Positions 34,985-44,931 of a stretch of DNA of 64,000 nt are shown here, one piece after another. Both the position numbers and the translations under genes were made by a program. Under the pieces are notes generated by a model. It did not search any database. It was not told the DNA's origin and was given only the letters and a program-made list of their open reading frames with translations. Source of the stretch: a virus; IMG/VR virus record IMGVR_UViG_3300009095_000016, positions 2,271 to 66,270 of that record; one strand, written 5' to 3'. The stretch's first letter is position 1. The number at the start of each line of letters is the position of its first letter.

Positions 34985-36298
34985 TCAGGAACCCGAGGGT
35001 CCCGCCACCGAGCCGCCGCCGATGGAGGCCATGGACAGCGCCGCCTCCTGGCCCGTGCCGTTCGACACCGCGACCGCCGACGCGTCGATACCGGCGGCGC
35101 CGATGATCGAGCGAACGCGGTACTGGATGTCGTCGTGGGAGAACGAGCCCTCGAAGGCGTTGATCTCGCCACCGCCGAGCGCACGGCCCGTGTCGCCCAT
35201 CACGCGGACCTCGGGGGTCTCGTGCCCGCGCAGGAACGCGGTCACGATGGCCGGGCCACGCTCCGTCTGGCCACCGGCCGGAACCAGGTACCAGGTCGTC
35301 GCGGCGTTCGCCGAGGTGTCGATGAGCGGCAGCCACGGGGACTCCACGACCGTGAAGCGACCCGCGACCGGCGAGGAGACGTTCTGGCGCATCTCCGTGC
35401 CGTCGGGCAGCGAGCGCACCCGCAGGTACGTGGTGCTCTGGGCGATCTCCTGCGCCGTGAGCGCGAGGGCGGGCGGCACCAGGAGTACGAAGTTCTGCAC
35501 CCGGACCTGGCGGCCGTTGACCTGCCGCATCCCGATGTAGTTGATCGCGTGCTCCAGGGCGTCCAGCGTCAGCGGCGGGTTGCCGGGGACGTAGTTGCCC
35601 GCAGGGGCCTGGCCGCCGAAGTCCTCGGTCGTGTTGAAGAAGTCGGGGTTCGGGCCGGTCGAGGTGGCCAGAACGCCGGTCGTCAGCACGTCCTCGGTGT
35701 CACGCGCCCAGCGTGCCATCTCCGTGGGGAGCTGCTGGAGGACCCGCAGCTCGTCGTTCATGAACGCTTCCCACGAGAAGGGGAACCTGGCTCCGTACTT
35801 GTTGACGAAGTAGTCCATCCCTTCCGTGGTCAGGTTGAACGTCGGGTACTCGGTCAGCTCCGGGATGCGGGGCAGGGCCCGGACGTGACGCTCGGCGCCG
35901 CCGTTGTAGTCGGTCGTCTGCGACTGACCGCCGACCGTGTCCCAGCGGACCATGCGGGCCGGACGGAAGTCCGGAACGGTGGTGCGCACCGAGAACGTCG
36001 GCCACTGCTGCGGCAGCTCGGCGTACTGGCCGAGCATGGACGCCTGCGAGATCGACTGGAACAGCAGCGGGAAGTCGCCGCTGGAGACGGCCTCGCGCAG
36101 TCGGCCCATCGCGACCGGCGAGCCGAACTCCGCCTCGCGCTTGAGGCGCAGGAACTCGACGGCCTTGTTCATCTTCAGCAGACGGGCGTCGGCGTTCTCG
36201 CGGATCGCGACGCGACGCTTGCTGTGGGCCTCGGCGATGCGCTCGAACTCGGAGTTCGTGGTCGCCTTGATTCCGTCGAGGAGGGTGATCGCGCTCAT
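34985..36298 (-). CDS. major capsid protein (HK97 fold)
   Basis: TVPDFRP, PRIPELTEY, KYGARFPFSWEAF.ND and C-terminal DDIQYRVR, downstream of the protease/scaffold gene. Confidence 0.9.
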   Translation of the reverse strand: MSAITLLDGIKATTNSEFERIAEAHSKRRVAIRENADARLLKMNKAVEFLRLKREAEFGSPVAMGRLREAVSSGDFPLLFQSISQASMLGQYAELPQQWPTFSVRTTVPDFRPARMVRWDTVGGQSQTTDYNGGAERHVRALPRIPELTEYPTFNLTTEGMDYFVNKYGARFPFSWEAFMNDELRVLQQLPTEMARWARDTEDVLTTGVLATSTGPNPDFFNTTEDFGGQAPAGNYVPGNPPLTLDALEHAINYIGMRQVNGRQVRVQNFVLLVPPALALTAQEIAQSTTYLRVRSLPDGTEMRQNVSSPVAGRFTVVESPWLPLIDTSANAATTWYLVPAGGQTERGPAIVTAFLRGHETPEVRVMGDTGRALGGGEINAFEGSFSHDDIQYRVRSIIGAAGIDASAVAVSNGTGQEAALSMASIGGGSVAGPSGS

Positions 36299-36315
36299 GT
36301 CTCAGATTCCTCCCT

Positions 36316-36804
36316 TCAGGAACCGGTGGCCGTCTTGTCGGCCACGGTGTTGGTGTCGCCCGGCACGGGCTGGACGACTCGGACGATGGGGACACCTGCG
36401 GTGGTCTGGCCGACGATCACACCGAACCACCCGTCGCCCACGGAGTTGGCGACCAGCGTTGCGCGGGTCGTGCCGACGGCGACGTTGATGCCGACCGGCG
36501 TGCCGGAGCCCATGGTCTCCGCGTCCCAGCCGGTGACCGGGAAGGCGAAGGCACCCGTGAGGGCGACCGAGGCCCAGCCGGGCTCCAGGGAGTTGGCGCG
36601 GTTGCTGGTCTGCGTGACCGTGGTCGAGCCGATCGTGTAGGAGACCGGCTTGCCGCCGACCTCCTGCGCGAAGCCGACGATGGAGCCGATCTTGACCGGG
36701 TCGCCCGGCAGGGTCGGGTCGTCGTTGACCGCCGGGTCGCTTCCCCGGAGCGGCAGCGGAAGGGAGATCCAGTCCGCGTACTTGAAGATCTCGTTGGTGG
36801 CCAT
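36316..36804 (-). CDS. capsid decoration/cement protein (DUF2190-like)
   Basis: MATNE.F, GDPV.IG..VG.A and G.F.FPV, between scaffold and capsid genes. Confidence 0.7.
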   Translation of the reverse strand: MATNEIFKYADWISLPLPLRGSDPAVNDDPTLPGDPVKIGSIVGFAQEVGGKPVSYTIGSTTVTQTSNRANSLEPGWASVALTGAFAFPVTGWDAETMGSGTPVGINVAVGTTRATLVANSVGDGWFGVIVGQTTAGVPIVRVVQPVPGDTNTVADKTATGS

Positions 36805-37889
36805 CAGTAGGAACCTCCGCCCAGCAGGCTGCGGATCTCGGCGAGATCGCTGTCGGCCGACGTGGAGGAGAGGACCGAGGACTCCGTCAGGCCGAGGCCG
36901 GAGGTGTCACGGTTCTCGGCGAGCGCGCCGCGCTCGGTCTCCCGCCTGAGCTGCTTCAGGTACTCGCGCTCGTGGGTGATCGCCTCGTGCAGGTCCTGGT
37001 CCGGACGGTAGGACTGCGCGATGCGGATCATGGAGGGAAGCGGCAGCTTCGCCTCCAGAAGTTCGGTGAGGACGTCACCGGTCGTCTTGCTCTCCTTGAG
37101 CGCCTTGTCGGCGGTCTCGGCGCGGTCGCGCAGGAAGGTGATGGCCTCCTGGAGCTTCACGTTCTCGCGCGTCTGCTTCTCCGCTTCGCGGCGCGACTCC
37201 TGGAGCTGCTGCGCCATGCGGGCCACGTCGACGGAAAGCTGCTCGACGCGGTCGGAGAGGGTGTCCTTGAGGGCGGCCACCTCGCTGAGGAGGGCGCCCG
37301 TGCCGATGGTGGACGGAATCGCGGCTGCACTCGCGGCCGGGGCGGCGGTGCTCGCGGTCTGCTCGGCCGGAGGGGACTCCGGCGTGGCCGACTCGGTCAT
37401 GGTGACGAGCCTTCCTCCCGCTCCAGCGCGGGTGACGAGGTCAACAGAGAGGCCCTGTTCGATGCTGCGCACAATACGCTGCCCCGAAGCGGTCTCTTCG
37501 ATCTGGCCTGCGGCGCGGATCGAAAGTCCGATCACGCTGTGCAGTTCCTTCGCGATCGGCTTGGCCTTCTCCGTGAACTGGATCCGGGAGAAGAGCCCGC
37601 GTCCCTCAGATGTCTCTTCGAAGGTCGCGTCGTCGAGAAGGTATCCGGCGATTTTGAGGACGCTGCGCTCCGGAAGGTCCATCTCCTCGGTCCCCGAGGG
37701 GTGGTCGAAGTAGATGTGTGTTCCGGCGGGAAAAGCGCGAGCGCCGTCCCGCTTGAGCACATCAGCGGGATAGTACCCGCTGGACCCCTGGACGTCGGCA
37801 GCGATGAGGAGGGCCCGCCAGATGCCCTTCTCGGAGGACTGCTGGTCTGCGGAGAGGACTGCGGATTCCCGCAGCGTTTCCTTGGACAT
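36804..37889 (-). CDS. capsid maturation protease-scaffold fusion
   Basis: GSSGYY...VL, Y.DHP, GLSIRA and SVDLVTRAGAGG, followed by a coiled-coil C-terminus. Confidence 0.85.
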   Translation of the reverse strand: MSKETLRESAVLSADQQSSEKGIWRALLIAADVQGSSGYYPADVLKRDGARAFPAGTHIYFDHPSGTEEMDLPERSVLKIAGYLLDDATFEETSEGRGLFSRIQFTEKAKPIAKELHSVIGLSIRAAGQIEETASGQRIVRSIEQGLSVDLVTRAGAGGRLVTMTESATPESPPAEQTASTAAPAASAAAIPSTIGTGALLSEVAALKDTLSDRVEQLSVDVARMAQQLQESRREAEKQTRENVKLQEAITFLRDRAETADKALKESKTTGDVLTELLEAKLPLPSMIRIAQSYRPDQDLHEAITHEREYLKQLRRETERGALAENRDTSGLGLTESSVLSSTSADSDLAEIRSLLGGGSY

Positions 37890-37957
37890 GAGCCCCCTCA
37901 CTGATCAACGATGAGCACAGCGTAATAGCATCCGGGGTCAAAAGTCCCGGTGAGGTG

Positions 37958-39697
37958 CTATGAAGTTGATTCGTCGCGCAGTTCGTGGTCGCCGTAGGAC
38001 ATGGGTTCCGGCTGCTTCGGTGCCATGGTTGAGCGCGAGTTTCCCGCCTTCAAAGGTGCGGGGGCCCCGGGACCACCGGTTCCTGTCGTGCCATTTTCTC
38101 CGGAATTACCGGAGGTTTCCGAGGAGTTAGAAGCCGGTGCGTTCGGCTGCTCTCCCTGGCCGTTTCCTCCCGTCACATAGGGAAGGTCTTCGACGTCGGG
38201 CGCTTCGCGGTCGAAGTCCTGCCACTTGTCGCCCCATGCGTCGACCACCATCGCCCTCGCCTCGTCGGCGGAGAACAGGCCGAGCCGGATCGCCATGTCG
38301 AGCGCCTGGAGGCGTCGGTGCACCGGTTCCTCGGAGATCTCGGGCCATCGCAGGCGCACCTTCAGGCCCAGCGTCTTGAAGATCTCCCGGAACATCTCGT
38401 CCATGACCTTCTGCCTCGCCTGCATGACGAGGACCGTGGAGGTGTCCAGAGATGTTGCTGCCGCGTTGTTCGCGATTGACGGGTCTTCCAGAAGCGCCGG
38501 AAGAGGTACGTCGAGCGCCGCCGCGATCATCGCCGCGAGAGGGCGCCCAGCGTCGAAGTCGACCTTCGTGTTGCCGCCGACGGCCGACAGATCCTGACCG
38601 GCACCCAGTACGGCGGAAGCGCCGATGTTCAGGGGCTGCCCCGTGGCCGGGTCGGTGCGCGGAGCCTGTGCCATGGCGGCGGCGGTGCGCCGCACGGAAC
38701 GCGAGCGGTCCGATGTGACCTTCCAGGCGAAGCGGGCGTACGCCTTGGTCAGCGTGGAGCAGTTCTCCAGGTACTCCTTGTACGCCTTGGTCCACCAGAC
38801 GGCGGGCAGTACGTCGGGGATGCCCCAGCGCCATCCGGTAAGCCGGTTGAAGGGGACATGGACCATCACCTTCGTGTGGTCCACCTGGTCTCCGGCGATC
38901 TGCGCCGCGCCGCGATTCCTTCCCAGTGCCCGGACTCCGGCGGGGGTCGGGTACCAGACGTCGCGGAACGAGAACCCCGCCCGGGTGGAGCCGCCGGATG
39001 CGCCTTCCCGGTCCGACCGCATCCAGGTGCGCCCGCGTGCCGCAGCTTTCGGTGCACTGATGGGATTCAGCTCGATGTTCGCCTCGAAGTCCAGCTCCAG
39101 ATCCCAGTCGTTCCAGGTACGCCGGATGTAGAGCAGGCGTTCCCGGTTTCCCTTCTGGCTCACACCTTCGGTGATCTCCTCGAAGGGGACCCGCAGCACC
39201 TCCTTGGTCCTCCGGTCCACGAGGAAGAAGAGGTTGCCGTCGGTGCCCGAGGTGCGTTCCAGTTCGAGCTGAGCCAGGGTGCCGGTCAGAACCTCGTTGA
39301 TTCCGTCGGGAAGCTCCGGCTCCAGGTTCACCGTCCTCGGGCGCCCCGGGCCCTGGATGAACTCCTTCGGCACCACGGAGACACCGGAACCCCATACGTA
39401 GCCGGTGCGCACGCGCAGGCCCCTGCCGACGAGCGGGTTCACGGTGGCGACGGCCCGGCACAGCTCGCTCGCATGATGCAGGGCGTCGAGAGTGAAGGAG
39501 TTGGCGCTGTCGGAGAGCCCCATCAGCGGGCGCCAGCCGATGTCCTCCAGAGCGAGCTGGGCGCGGCCGAACTCGCCAGCTTCCCGCATTTCGTCCGAGA
39601 CGACACCCATCAGCTCTTCGTTCCGAGCTTCGAGATTGCTCACGAGAGTGTGCATTTCCGTGAGCGTCATCTCTTCGAGGGGCTTCTGCATCGACAT
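37958..39697 (-). CDS. portal protein
   Basis: ED.GW, NPL..RG...RT.YVWG and DGN.FF, downstream of TerL. Confidence 0.9.
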   Translation of the reverse strand: MSMQKPLEEMTLTEMHTLVSNLEARNEELMGVVSDEMREAGEFGRAQLALEDIGWRPLMGLSDSANSFTLDALHHASELCRAVATVNPLVGRGLRVRTGYVWGSGVSVVPKEFIQGPGRPRTVNLEPELPDGINEVLTGTLAQLELERTSGTDGNLFFLVDRRTKEVLRVPFEEITEGVSQKGNRERLLYIRRTWNDWDLELDFEANIELNPISAPKAAARGRTWMRSDREGASGGSTRAGFSFRDVWYPTPAGVRALGRNRGAAQIAGDQVDHTKVMVHVPFNRLTGWRWGIPDVLPAVWWTKAYKEYLENCSTLTKAYARFAWKVTSDRSRSVRRTAAAMAQAPRTDPATGQPLNIGASAVLGAGQDLSAVGGNTKVDFDAGRPLAAMIAAALDVPLPALLEDPSIANNAAATSLDTSTVLVMQARQKVMDEMFREIFKTLGLKVRLRWPEISEEPVHRRLQALDMAIRLGLFSADEARAMVVDAWGDKWQDFDREAPDVEDLPYVTGGNGQGEQPNAPASNSSETSGNSGENGTTGTGGPGAPAPLKAGNSRSTMAPKQPEPMSYGDHELRDESTS

Positions 39698-39706
39698 GCG
39701 ATCACC

Positions 39707-40006
39707 TTAACCGTTCGTTTGACCTGGCGACCTGGGGTTGCGCGAGGAGTTGCCCCTGGATTGGCGCACCCTTTCCGCCAGGGCGATGGCATTGTCGCAG
39801 GAGTCCGCCAACTTCTTCAGCGCTGACGTGCGAAGAGGTGAATCCGGCCCGGACATCAGCATGTTCGCGAGTTCCACGTACTTCCGACCCAGGATCCCGC
39901 CCTCCGCCGCGCGCATGACGATCCTGCGGCGTGCCGCCTCCGCATGGTCGTACACAGCCGCCTCCTTCAGTTCCGTGCACGCGCTGCACCTGGAACTACA
40001 GCTCAC
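39707..40006 (-). CDS. hypothetical protein between terminase and portal
   Basis: 99 aa with operon spacing. Confidence 0.55.
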   Translation of the reverse strand: MSCSSRCSACTELKEAAVYDHAEAARRRIVMRAAEGGILGRKYVELANMLMSGPDSPLRTSALKKLADSCDNAIALAERVRQSRGNSSRNPRSPGQTNG

Positions 40007-40019
40007 GTTGAGGATTCCG

Positions 40020-43000
40020 TCAGTAGGGCGAGATCATCTCTTCCATCAGGTACTCGTCGTCCTCGACGAGGGAACCGGCCAGGGTCTCGGCGCTCTCGCT
40101 GAGCACGTCTCCCTGCCTGAGACCTTCGGCCACCGGGGCGACCGCGTAGGCGATGGCGTCGGCGAAGTCGGGGGACTTGCCGTACTCCTTGCGCATGTCC
40201 TCCTTGGAGGCGATGAGCAGACGGCCGTTCTTGATCGAGTAGAAGACCATCTTCAGGTCGTCGGAGATCAGCTCGTCCTCGTCCACCAGCTTCACCGAGC
40301 CGTTGCGCATCTTCTGGCGAAGCTGCTCGAACCAGTACGCGCGGGCGTTGTAGAAGCCGTAGACCGAACCGCCGACGTCGGCCGGAGGAGTGGCTGAACC
40401 ATGCATCTCGTAGACCGTGAACCAGGGCTCCGGCAGAAGCGTCGCGCGGGCGTTGAGGGTGTCGACGACACCAGCACCCAGACCGACGGCGTCCACGCGG
40501 ATCTCCACCCAGGGCGCCTTGCGCTCGTCCTTCAAGCGCTCCGCGATCTGGAGCACCTTGTGTGCCGAGGACACGGTGTCGGTTCCCGACCAGCTCTCCT
40601 CGATCTGCGCGGTCACCCCGGAGTACGAGGCCACCACCGTCTTGTCTGAGCCGAAGCGCGCGACGTCGACACCCAGTCGCAGGATCGAATACAGGGAAGG
40701 AGTCGGCGGCTCGTCCACGGCGTCGGCCACCAGCGAAGGGGAGAACAGCGACGACATGCTCTGCTCGGGGAACTCGGCCAGCACCTTCGAAATGTAGCGG
40801 GGGTCCTTCTCGCCCCAGTCGTCCTTCCGCTCCGCGACCCAGTCCCGGGAGACCAGGACTTCGTTCAGCAGACGGGGCACGGGCTCCCCGGTGAAGTTCG
40901 GCGTGGAAGACGCCGGAATGGAGATCCTGTGCCAGAGGTGAGAGGTCTTCGGTTCGGTGAAGTTCTTCCCGAAGTCAGTGTTGCGGTCGTCGGGGTTCCC
41001 GATGGCCAGGATCCGGCAGCCGATGTTCGTGGTGATGGCCTCGACGCCGGTCCAGATTTCCTCCGGCACGCCGCAGTTCCCGGACCAGAGGGTGTAACCC
41101 TTCCGGCGGGTCAGCAGCATCGCCTCCGGCGGTACTGAGGCGCAGTACACCAGACCGTCGTAGTCGATCTTCTTGAGATTCTGCGGATAGAACTTGATCT
41201 TCGAATCCTCGTGCGGACGCGTGATGACGTACCCGTCTACAGACGAGGTCGCCACGTGCGAGCCGAAGTCGGATTCCCTGCCAGCCAGGTCCCGCTTACG
41301 GACGACCGACGGCTTGCCGGTCTTCAGGATCATCTCCTGGAGGTCGTTGGCCATCTGCGGAGACGAGGTGTAGATGATCCCCTGCCCCTGCTTCTCGTAG
41401 CCGTCACCCTCCAGGTACGAGTCGAGCAGCAGGCCAATCTGTCGGGCACTCGCCATGCGGGCGTAGGCGGGGACGCGCTTCTTCAGGCAGTTCTTGCCGA
41501 ACTGCCCCAGATGCCGAGCGAGCTGCGTGTTGTAGACATGCACCTGACGTTCGGTCCGCTTGGGGCTGAAGCCAAGTCGGACGAGCAGGTCAAAGATCCG
41601 CTGTTGAGCCTCGGGGGCGTCCTGGCTGATCCCGATTCCGTCGGCTCGCTTACCGTGGCTCTTGATCAGATGTCCCTCGCTCAGGTACCACCCGAGGAAG
41701 GTCATCCAGTCATCCATCTCGACGAAGCGCGCGGGGAAGAACTTTCGTTCGCTTCGCACCTCGGGCAGCTCGAACTTCTCCTGGTCGGGTGCAGTCCAGG
41801 AGATCGTTTTCTTCATGTACTTGTCGGTCTTGCCGACCAGCTCTTCCATCGGGGCCTTGCGCCAGAAGGTGTCCCGGTTGTGCGCACGGCCGTGGAAGTA
41901 CATGTCGTGATCAGGGGTGACGCAGAAGTTCGCGCCCTTCGCCTCGTACAGGTACATCGGACCGGCGTACGGCTTCTTCACGATCTTCTGTGGCTTCCGA
42001 TAGGTCGCTTCGTGGGTCTGCTGGTCCATCGTCAGCAGCTCCTCGTCGCCCGTGAGGTCAGCGAAGAGCTTCCAGCCGTCGTCGGTCATCACCTCGGTCT
42101 GATCGTCATGGCACGCCTCGTCCAGGAGAGCCAAAACGTACCTGCGGTGGATGCCGTGGAAGGAGTGGCGGTCGCCCTTGGCTGGCTTGCGCCCGAAGCC
42201 GACGATCTGACCGTCCCCCAGCTTCCATTCGTCAGCCTGAGTCACGCGTCCCGGCATCGGGTACTGCCCGCGCGAGGCGTTCGAGTGGTGCTTGCGGATC
42301 TCCTCCCAGAGAATCTTGTTGACCTGGGCGTAGGTCGGAGCGGTGCTCACCACTATGGCCTGGCCGGGCGGCTTCGTCGACACCCACCAGCAGGCGAGCA
42401 CCGAGGCGATCATCGAGTTGTGAGTGGGGATGCCCCGCTCCCCGCACAGGTAGAGATGGTCGGGCGAGTCGACCTGGATGCACTGGACGTCGCGCTCCCC
42501 GACGGGCGTCACGGCAGTGATGCGCCAGCCGTCGTCACCCCAGGAGCCCTGCGTCAGCAGTAGGTGCGAGAGTGCGAGAGCGCGCTGATTCGCGTCGGGC
42601 AGCAGAGTGGGCGCGTGAGAGCCCATCAGGGCCAGGTGGTGTGAAGTGATCCCGTGGTCCTTCCTGCGATGCAGGATCGTGCGCACCCCGGCACCGGTCA
42701 GCTTGGCGCGGATCTCCGCGAGGCCTTCCGGCTCGCCATTGCGGGTCCGCCACAGAAGTGACGTGCGGCCGGAGGGATCGAGGCAGCCGCGCTCCCTGAT
42801 CTGCTGAAGCACTTCCTCGTCGGGCTCCCACGTGGATCCACGGAGAAGGATTTCCGGCATCCGGCCGGGAACGACGGCCGAACCCCTGCGCATCGCGGCG
42901 ATCTGCCTCGTGCTGAGCATCTTCGCCTTGTGCATCCACAGGCCCGTCTCCACGGGCACTCCGGCCCGGTCGGACCGAAGCTGGACATCCGCCTGGGACT

Positions 43001-43427
43001 GGAGGTCCAGAACGGGCCATACGTGATCGCCGGACGCGATGATCTCCTCGCAGGCTCCCCCGCGCTCCAGGCGCACGCGATAGCTGTCGGCCTTGTGCTC
43101 GCCTGTGGTGGCAATGACCTCGACCGTTGAGCCGTCGGACCCCAGCACCTTCATGCCGGGCGAGATGTCCCCCATGCGCACCGGCCCGGACGGCGTGTGC
43201 ACAAGCTCGTCGAGCCCGAGTGCCTTTCCAGTGCCGTGACACGAGGCGACGACCGTTCGCTTGTTCTGGATCAGCGACTGGCAGATCTCCTGCTGCTTGC
43301 TCCAGAGGTGGACGCCCAGAACGTCCTTCGCCCAGCCGACCGGATCGTTCACCCATCCGGCCTGTCGCGCCTGGTTCCGGAAGTACGCCTCAGCCTCGGA
43401 GGCGATCCGGTCTTCCTGTGAGGACAT
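40020..43427 (-). CDS. terL: terminase large subunit with two inteins (about 520 aa after splicing)
   Basis: W.KQ.EI, Walker A SCHGTGK|S, Walker B LLDEA|CG, AIGNP, GVDVARFGSDKT and SPD.ADA. GAAAGGA RBS before ATG 43427. Confidence 0.95.
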   Translation of the reverse strand: MSSQEDRIASEAEAYFRNQARQAGWVNDPVGWAKDVLGVHLWSKQQEICQSLIQNKRTVVASCHGTGKALGLDELVHTPSGPVRMGDISPGMKVLGSDGSTVEVIATTGEHKADSYRVRLERGGACEEIIASGDHVWPVLDLQSQADVQLRSDRAGVPVETGLWMHKAKMLSTRQIAAMRRGSAVVPGRMPEILLRGSTWEPDEEVLQQIRERGCLDPSGRTSLLWRTRNGEPEGLAEIRAKLTGAGVRTILHRRKDHGITSHHLALMGSHAPTLLPDANQRALALSHLLLTQGSWGDDGWRITAVTPVGERDVQCIQVDSPDHLYLCGERGIPTHNSMIASVLACWWVSTKPPGQAIVVSTAPTYAQVNKILWEEIRKHHSNASRGQYPMPGRVTQADEWKLGDGQIVGFGRKPAKGDRHSFHGIHRRYVLALLDEACHDDQTEVMTDDGWKLFADLTGDEELLTMDQQTHEATYRKPQKIVKKPYAGPMYLYEAKGANFCVTPDHDMYFHGRAHNRDTFWRKAPMEELVGKTDKYMKKTISWTAPDQEKFELPEVRSERKFFPARFVEMDDWMTFLGWYLSEGHLIKSHGKRADGIGISQDAPEAQQRIFDLLVRLGFSPKRTERQVHVYNTQLARHLGQFGKNCLKKRVPAYARMASARQIGLLLDSYLEGDGYEKQGQGIIYTSSPQMANDLQEMILKTGKPSVVRKRDLAGRESDFGSHVATSSVDGYVITRPHEDSKIKFYPQNLKKIDYDGLVYCASVPPEAMLLTRRKGYTLWSGNCGVPEEIWTGVEAITTNIGCRILAIGNPDDRNTDFGKNFTEPKTSHLWHRISIPASSTPNFTGEPVPRLLNEVLVSRDWVAERKDDWGEKDPRYISKVLAEFPEQSMSSLFSPSLVADAVDEPPTPSLYSILRLGVDVARFGSDKTVVASYSGVTAQIEESWSGTDTVSSAHKVLQIAERLKDERKAPWVEIRVDAVGLGAGVVDTLNARATLLPEPWFTVYEMHGSATPPADVGGSVYGFYNARAYWFEQLRQKMRNGSVKLVDEDELISDDLKMVFYSIKNGRLLIASKEDMRKEYGKSPDFADAIAYAVAPVAEGLRQGDVLSESAETLAGSLVEDDEYLMEEMISPY
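41076..42113 (-). mobile_element. intein 2 (346 aa, Cys-start) with LAGLIDADG homing endonuclease, in Walker B
   Basis: Starts CHDDQT and ends SGN before Cys. Block B VTPDHDM; LAGLIDADG-like FLGWYLSEGH and LDSYLEGDG; block H TSSPQMANDL. Confidence 0.92.
42417..43223 (-). mobile_element. intein 1 (269 aa, Ala-start, class 3 type) in Walker A
   Basis: Starts ALGLD and ends THN before Ser. It has the WCT triplet (DHVW, VQCIQV, PTHN) and a degenerate endonuclease remnant. Confidence 0.9.
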
Positions 43428-43554
43428 GCCGTTCCTTTCTACTGCGACGCGTACAGCATTCCTCACGGGGGAACGTTTTAGGTAACCTTGTGATGCCCCA
43501 GCCGTGCAGCACAGTGCAGCGCGGACTCCACTTCCACGGGGCTGAGGACTCGCG

Positions 43555-43580
43555 GGGACCCGGCTTGAACGCCGGGTCCC
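43555..43580. terminator. hairpin GGGACCCGGC-N6-GCCGGGTCCC
   Basis: Perfect 10-bp stem followed by TCTTC. Confidence 0.55.
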
Positions 43581-43601
43581 TCTTCATTGAGGGGGTTTGC
43601 C

Positions 43602-43766
43602 ATGGACGACCTGGGGCGCGTTGCCTACGAGGCGTACGGGGACAGCGTCAACTGGACCACTTTCTCCGGCGAAAAGATGCCCTCTTGGGGCGAGCAGAAC
43701 GACCGCCTGAAGCAGGCGTGGAATGCTGCTGCCCAGGCCGTGGAACGGTGGGTGCGCGGGGAGTGA
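43602..43766 (+). CDS. 54-aa hypothetical protein (not in ORF track)
   Basis: LGRVAYEAY...PSW......AW.AAA.AV, with a GAGGGGG RBS. Confidence 0.65.
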   Translation: MDDLGRVAYEAYGDSVNWTTFSGEKMPSWGEQNDRLKQAWNAAAQAVERWVRGE

Positions 43767-43835
43767 TGAGTTCCCTGAACTGCCTGATCTCAATCCGGCT
43801 TTCCTTTTCAGGCACTGTGTGCCATCCTCAAAAAC

Positions 43836-44207
43836 ATGAGGAATAGGTTCCCGAAACCATGTGGCATCTGCCAGGGACGGGTACCGGCCGGAGAGGGCAA
43901 CGTCCAGGGGTCGCACGCATCCGGCTGGACCGTCACGCATGACGTCTGCCCGAAGAGCAGGATCCGCCACGGGCACGCCCAGGCGTACGCCCGTCGCATC
44001 ACCAGGATGCTGCGCCACAAGGGCTCCACCGCCGACGACATCACCGAGGCCCTGAACGGTCTCGCCGCACTCATGCGCACCGGATGGATCAGCCGTGAGA
44101 GCTGCGAAAAGATCATCCTGCGGACCCCGGCGTTCAGCGACCTCGACCGTCTCCAGGTCGAGGAGATCCTGACGTACCACCTCTCCGAGGAGGGGACGCG
44201 CTGCTAG
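43836..44207 (+). CDS. hypothetical protein with N-terminal Zn-binding motif
   Basis: N.F..PC..C...V.AGEG...W...H..C. Confidence 0.65.
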   Translation: MRNRFPKPCGICQGRVPAGEGNVQGSHASGWTVTHDVCPKSRIRHGHAQAYARRITRMLRHKGSTADDITEALNGLAALMRTGWISRESCEKIILRTPAFSDLDRLQVEEILTYHLSEEGTRC

Positions 44208-44401
44208 GAGGGCAGCCCCAGCTTGTCCAGCAGGTCGAGGAGGACGCCCTTCGGGTCGTCCTCCTCCTGCGTTTCCGAGGACCGCAGGGCGTAGGAGGCG
44301 AGGTTCAGCATGACCTTCCTGTGGCAGGGTTCGCACTGCCCGCAGGGGACGTCACCGCATGCCCGCGCGATCGAAATGGTTCCGGGAAGAGCGATGTCCA
44401 C
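44204..44401 (-). CDS. small CxxC protein
   Basis: CGQCEPCH, with a GGAG RBS before GTG 44401. Confidence 0.5.
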   Translation of the reverse strand: MDIALPGTISIARACGDVPCGQCEPCHRKVMLNLASYALRSSETQEEDDPKGVLLDLLDKLGLPS

Positions 44402-44496
44402 CAGTTTCTCCGTTTCCGTTGGACTTGAAATTGGCCTAGGTCGTGTGATCTGATGGAAGAAGAAGCCCACCCCCTTCGGAAGGGAAGAAGAGCAGG

Positions 44497-44928
44497 ATGA
44501 ACAAGAAGACCATCGCGGCCGGTGCAGCCGCCGCAGCTCTCGCTGGAACCATCGCCCTGGGCGGCACCGCCGCCGCCGACTCCTGCAAGCCCGGCCAGGT
44601 GCAGACCGCCTACGGCTGTGGCGACGTGACCGGCGAGATCAAGGGCGAGCAGGGCAAGCCCACCGGTATCCGCTCCTTCGTCACCCCGGCGGTCGGCGTC
44701 GACTTCCGCGACGAGGACGGCAACAAGACCGGCTCCGGCTTCTACCCGGCCAACTCGTTCGAGTACCTGGGCAAGAAGAAGCAGGGCAAGAACGGCGACG
44801 GCGTCCTCATCCTGGTGCGCCAGGAGACGAAGCAGGACAGCCCCACGGTCGTCCAGTCCGGCTACGGCACCATCTACAAGGGCTGGATCCCGGTGAAGTA
44901 CACCCAGATCCCGTCCATGTTCGACTGA
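44497..44928 (+). CDS. secreted protein (Sec signal peptide)
   Basis: MNKKTIAAGAAAAALAGTIALGGTAAA|D, followed by a Cys pair. Confidence 0.75.
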   Translation: MNKKTIAAGAAAAALAGTIALGGTAAADSCKPGQVQTAYGCGDVTGEIKGEQGKPTGIRSFVTPAVGVDFRDEDGNKTGSGFYPANSFEYLGKKKQGKNGDGVLILVRQETKQDSPTVVQSGYGTIYKGWIPVKYTQIPSMFD

Positions 44929-44931
44929 CCC

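Noticed and set aside
43490-43552. Possible tRNA-like element upstream of TerL
   Set aside because: There is only a weak outer stem, with no TTC T-loop, D-arm or CCA. No tRNA was recognised anywhere in the window.
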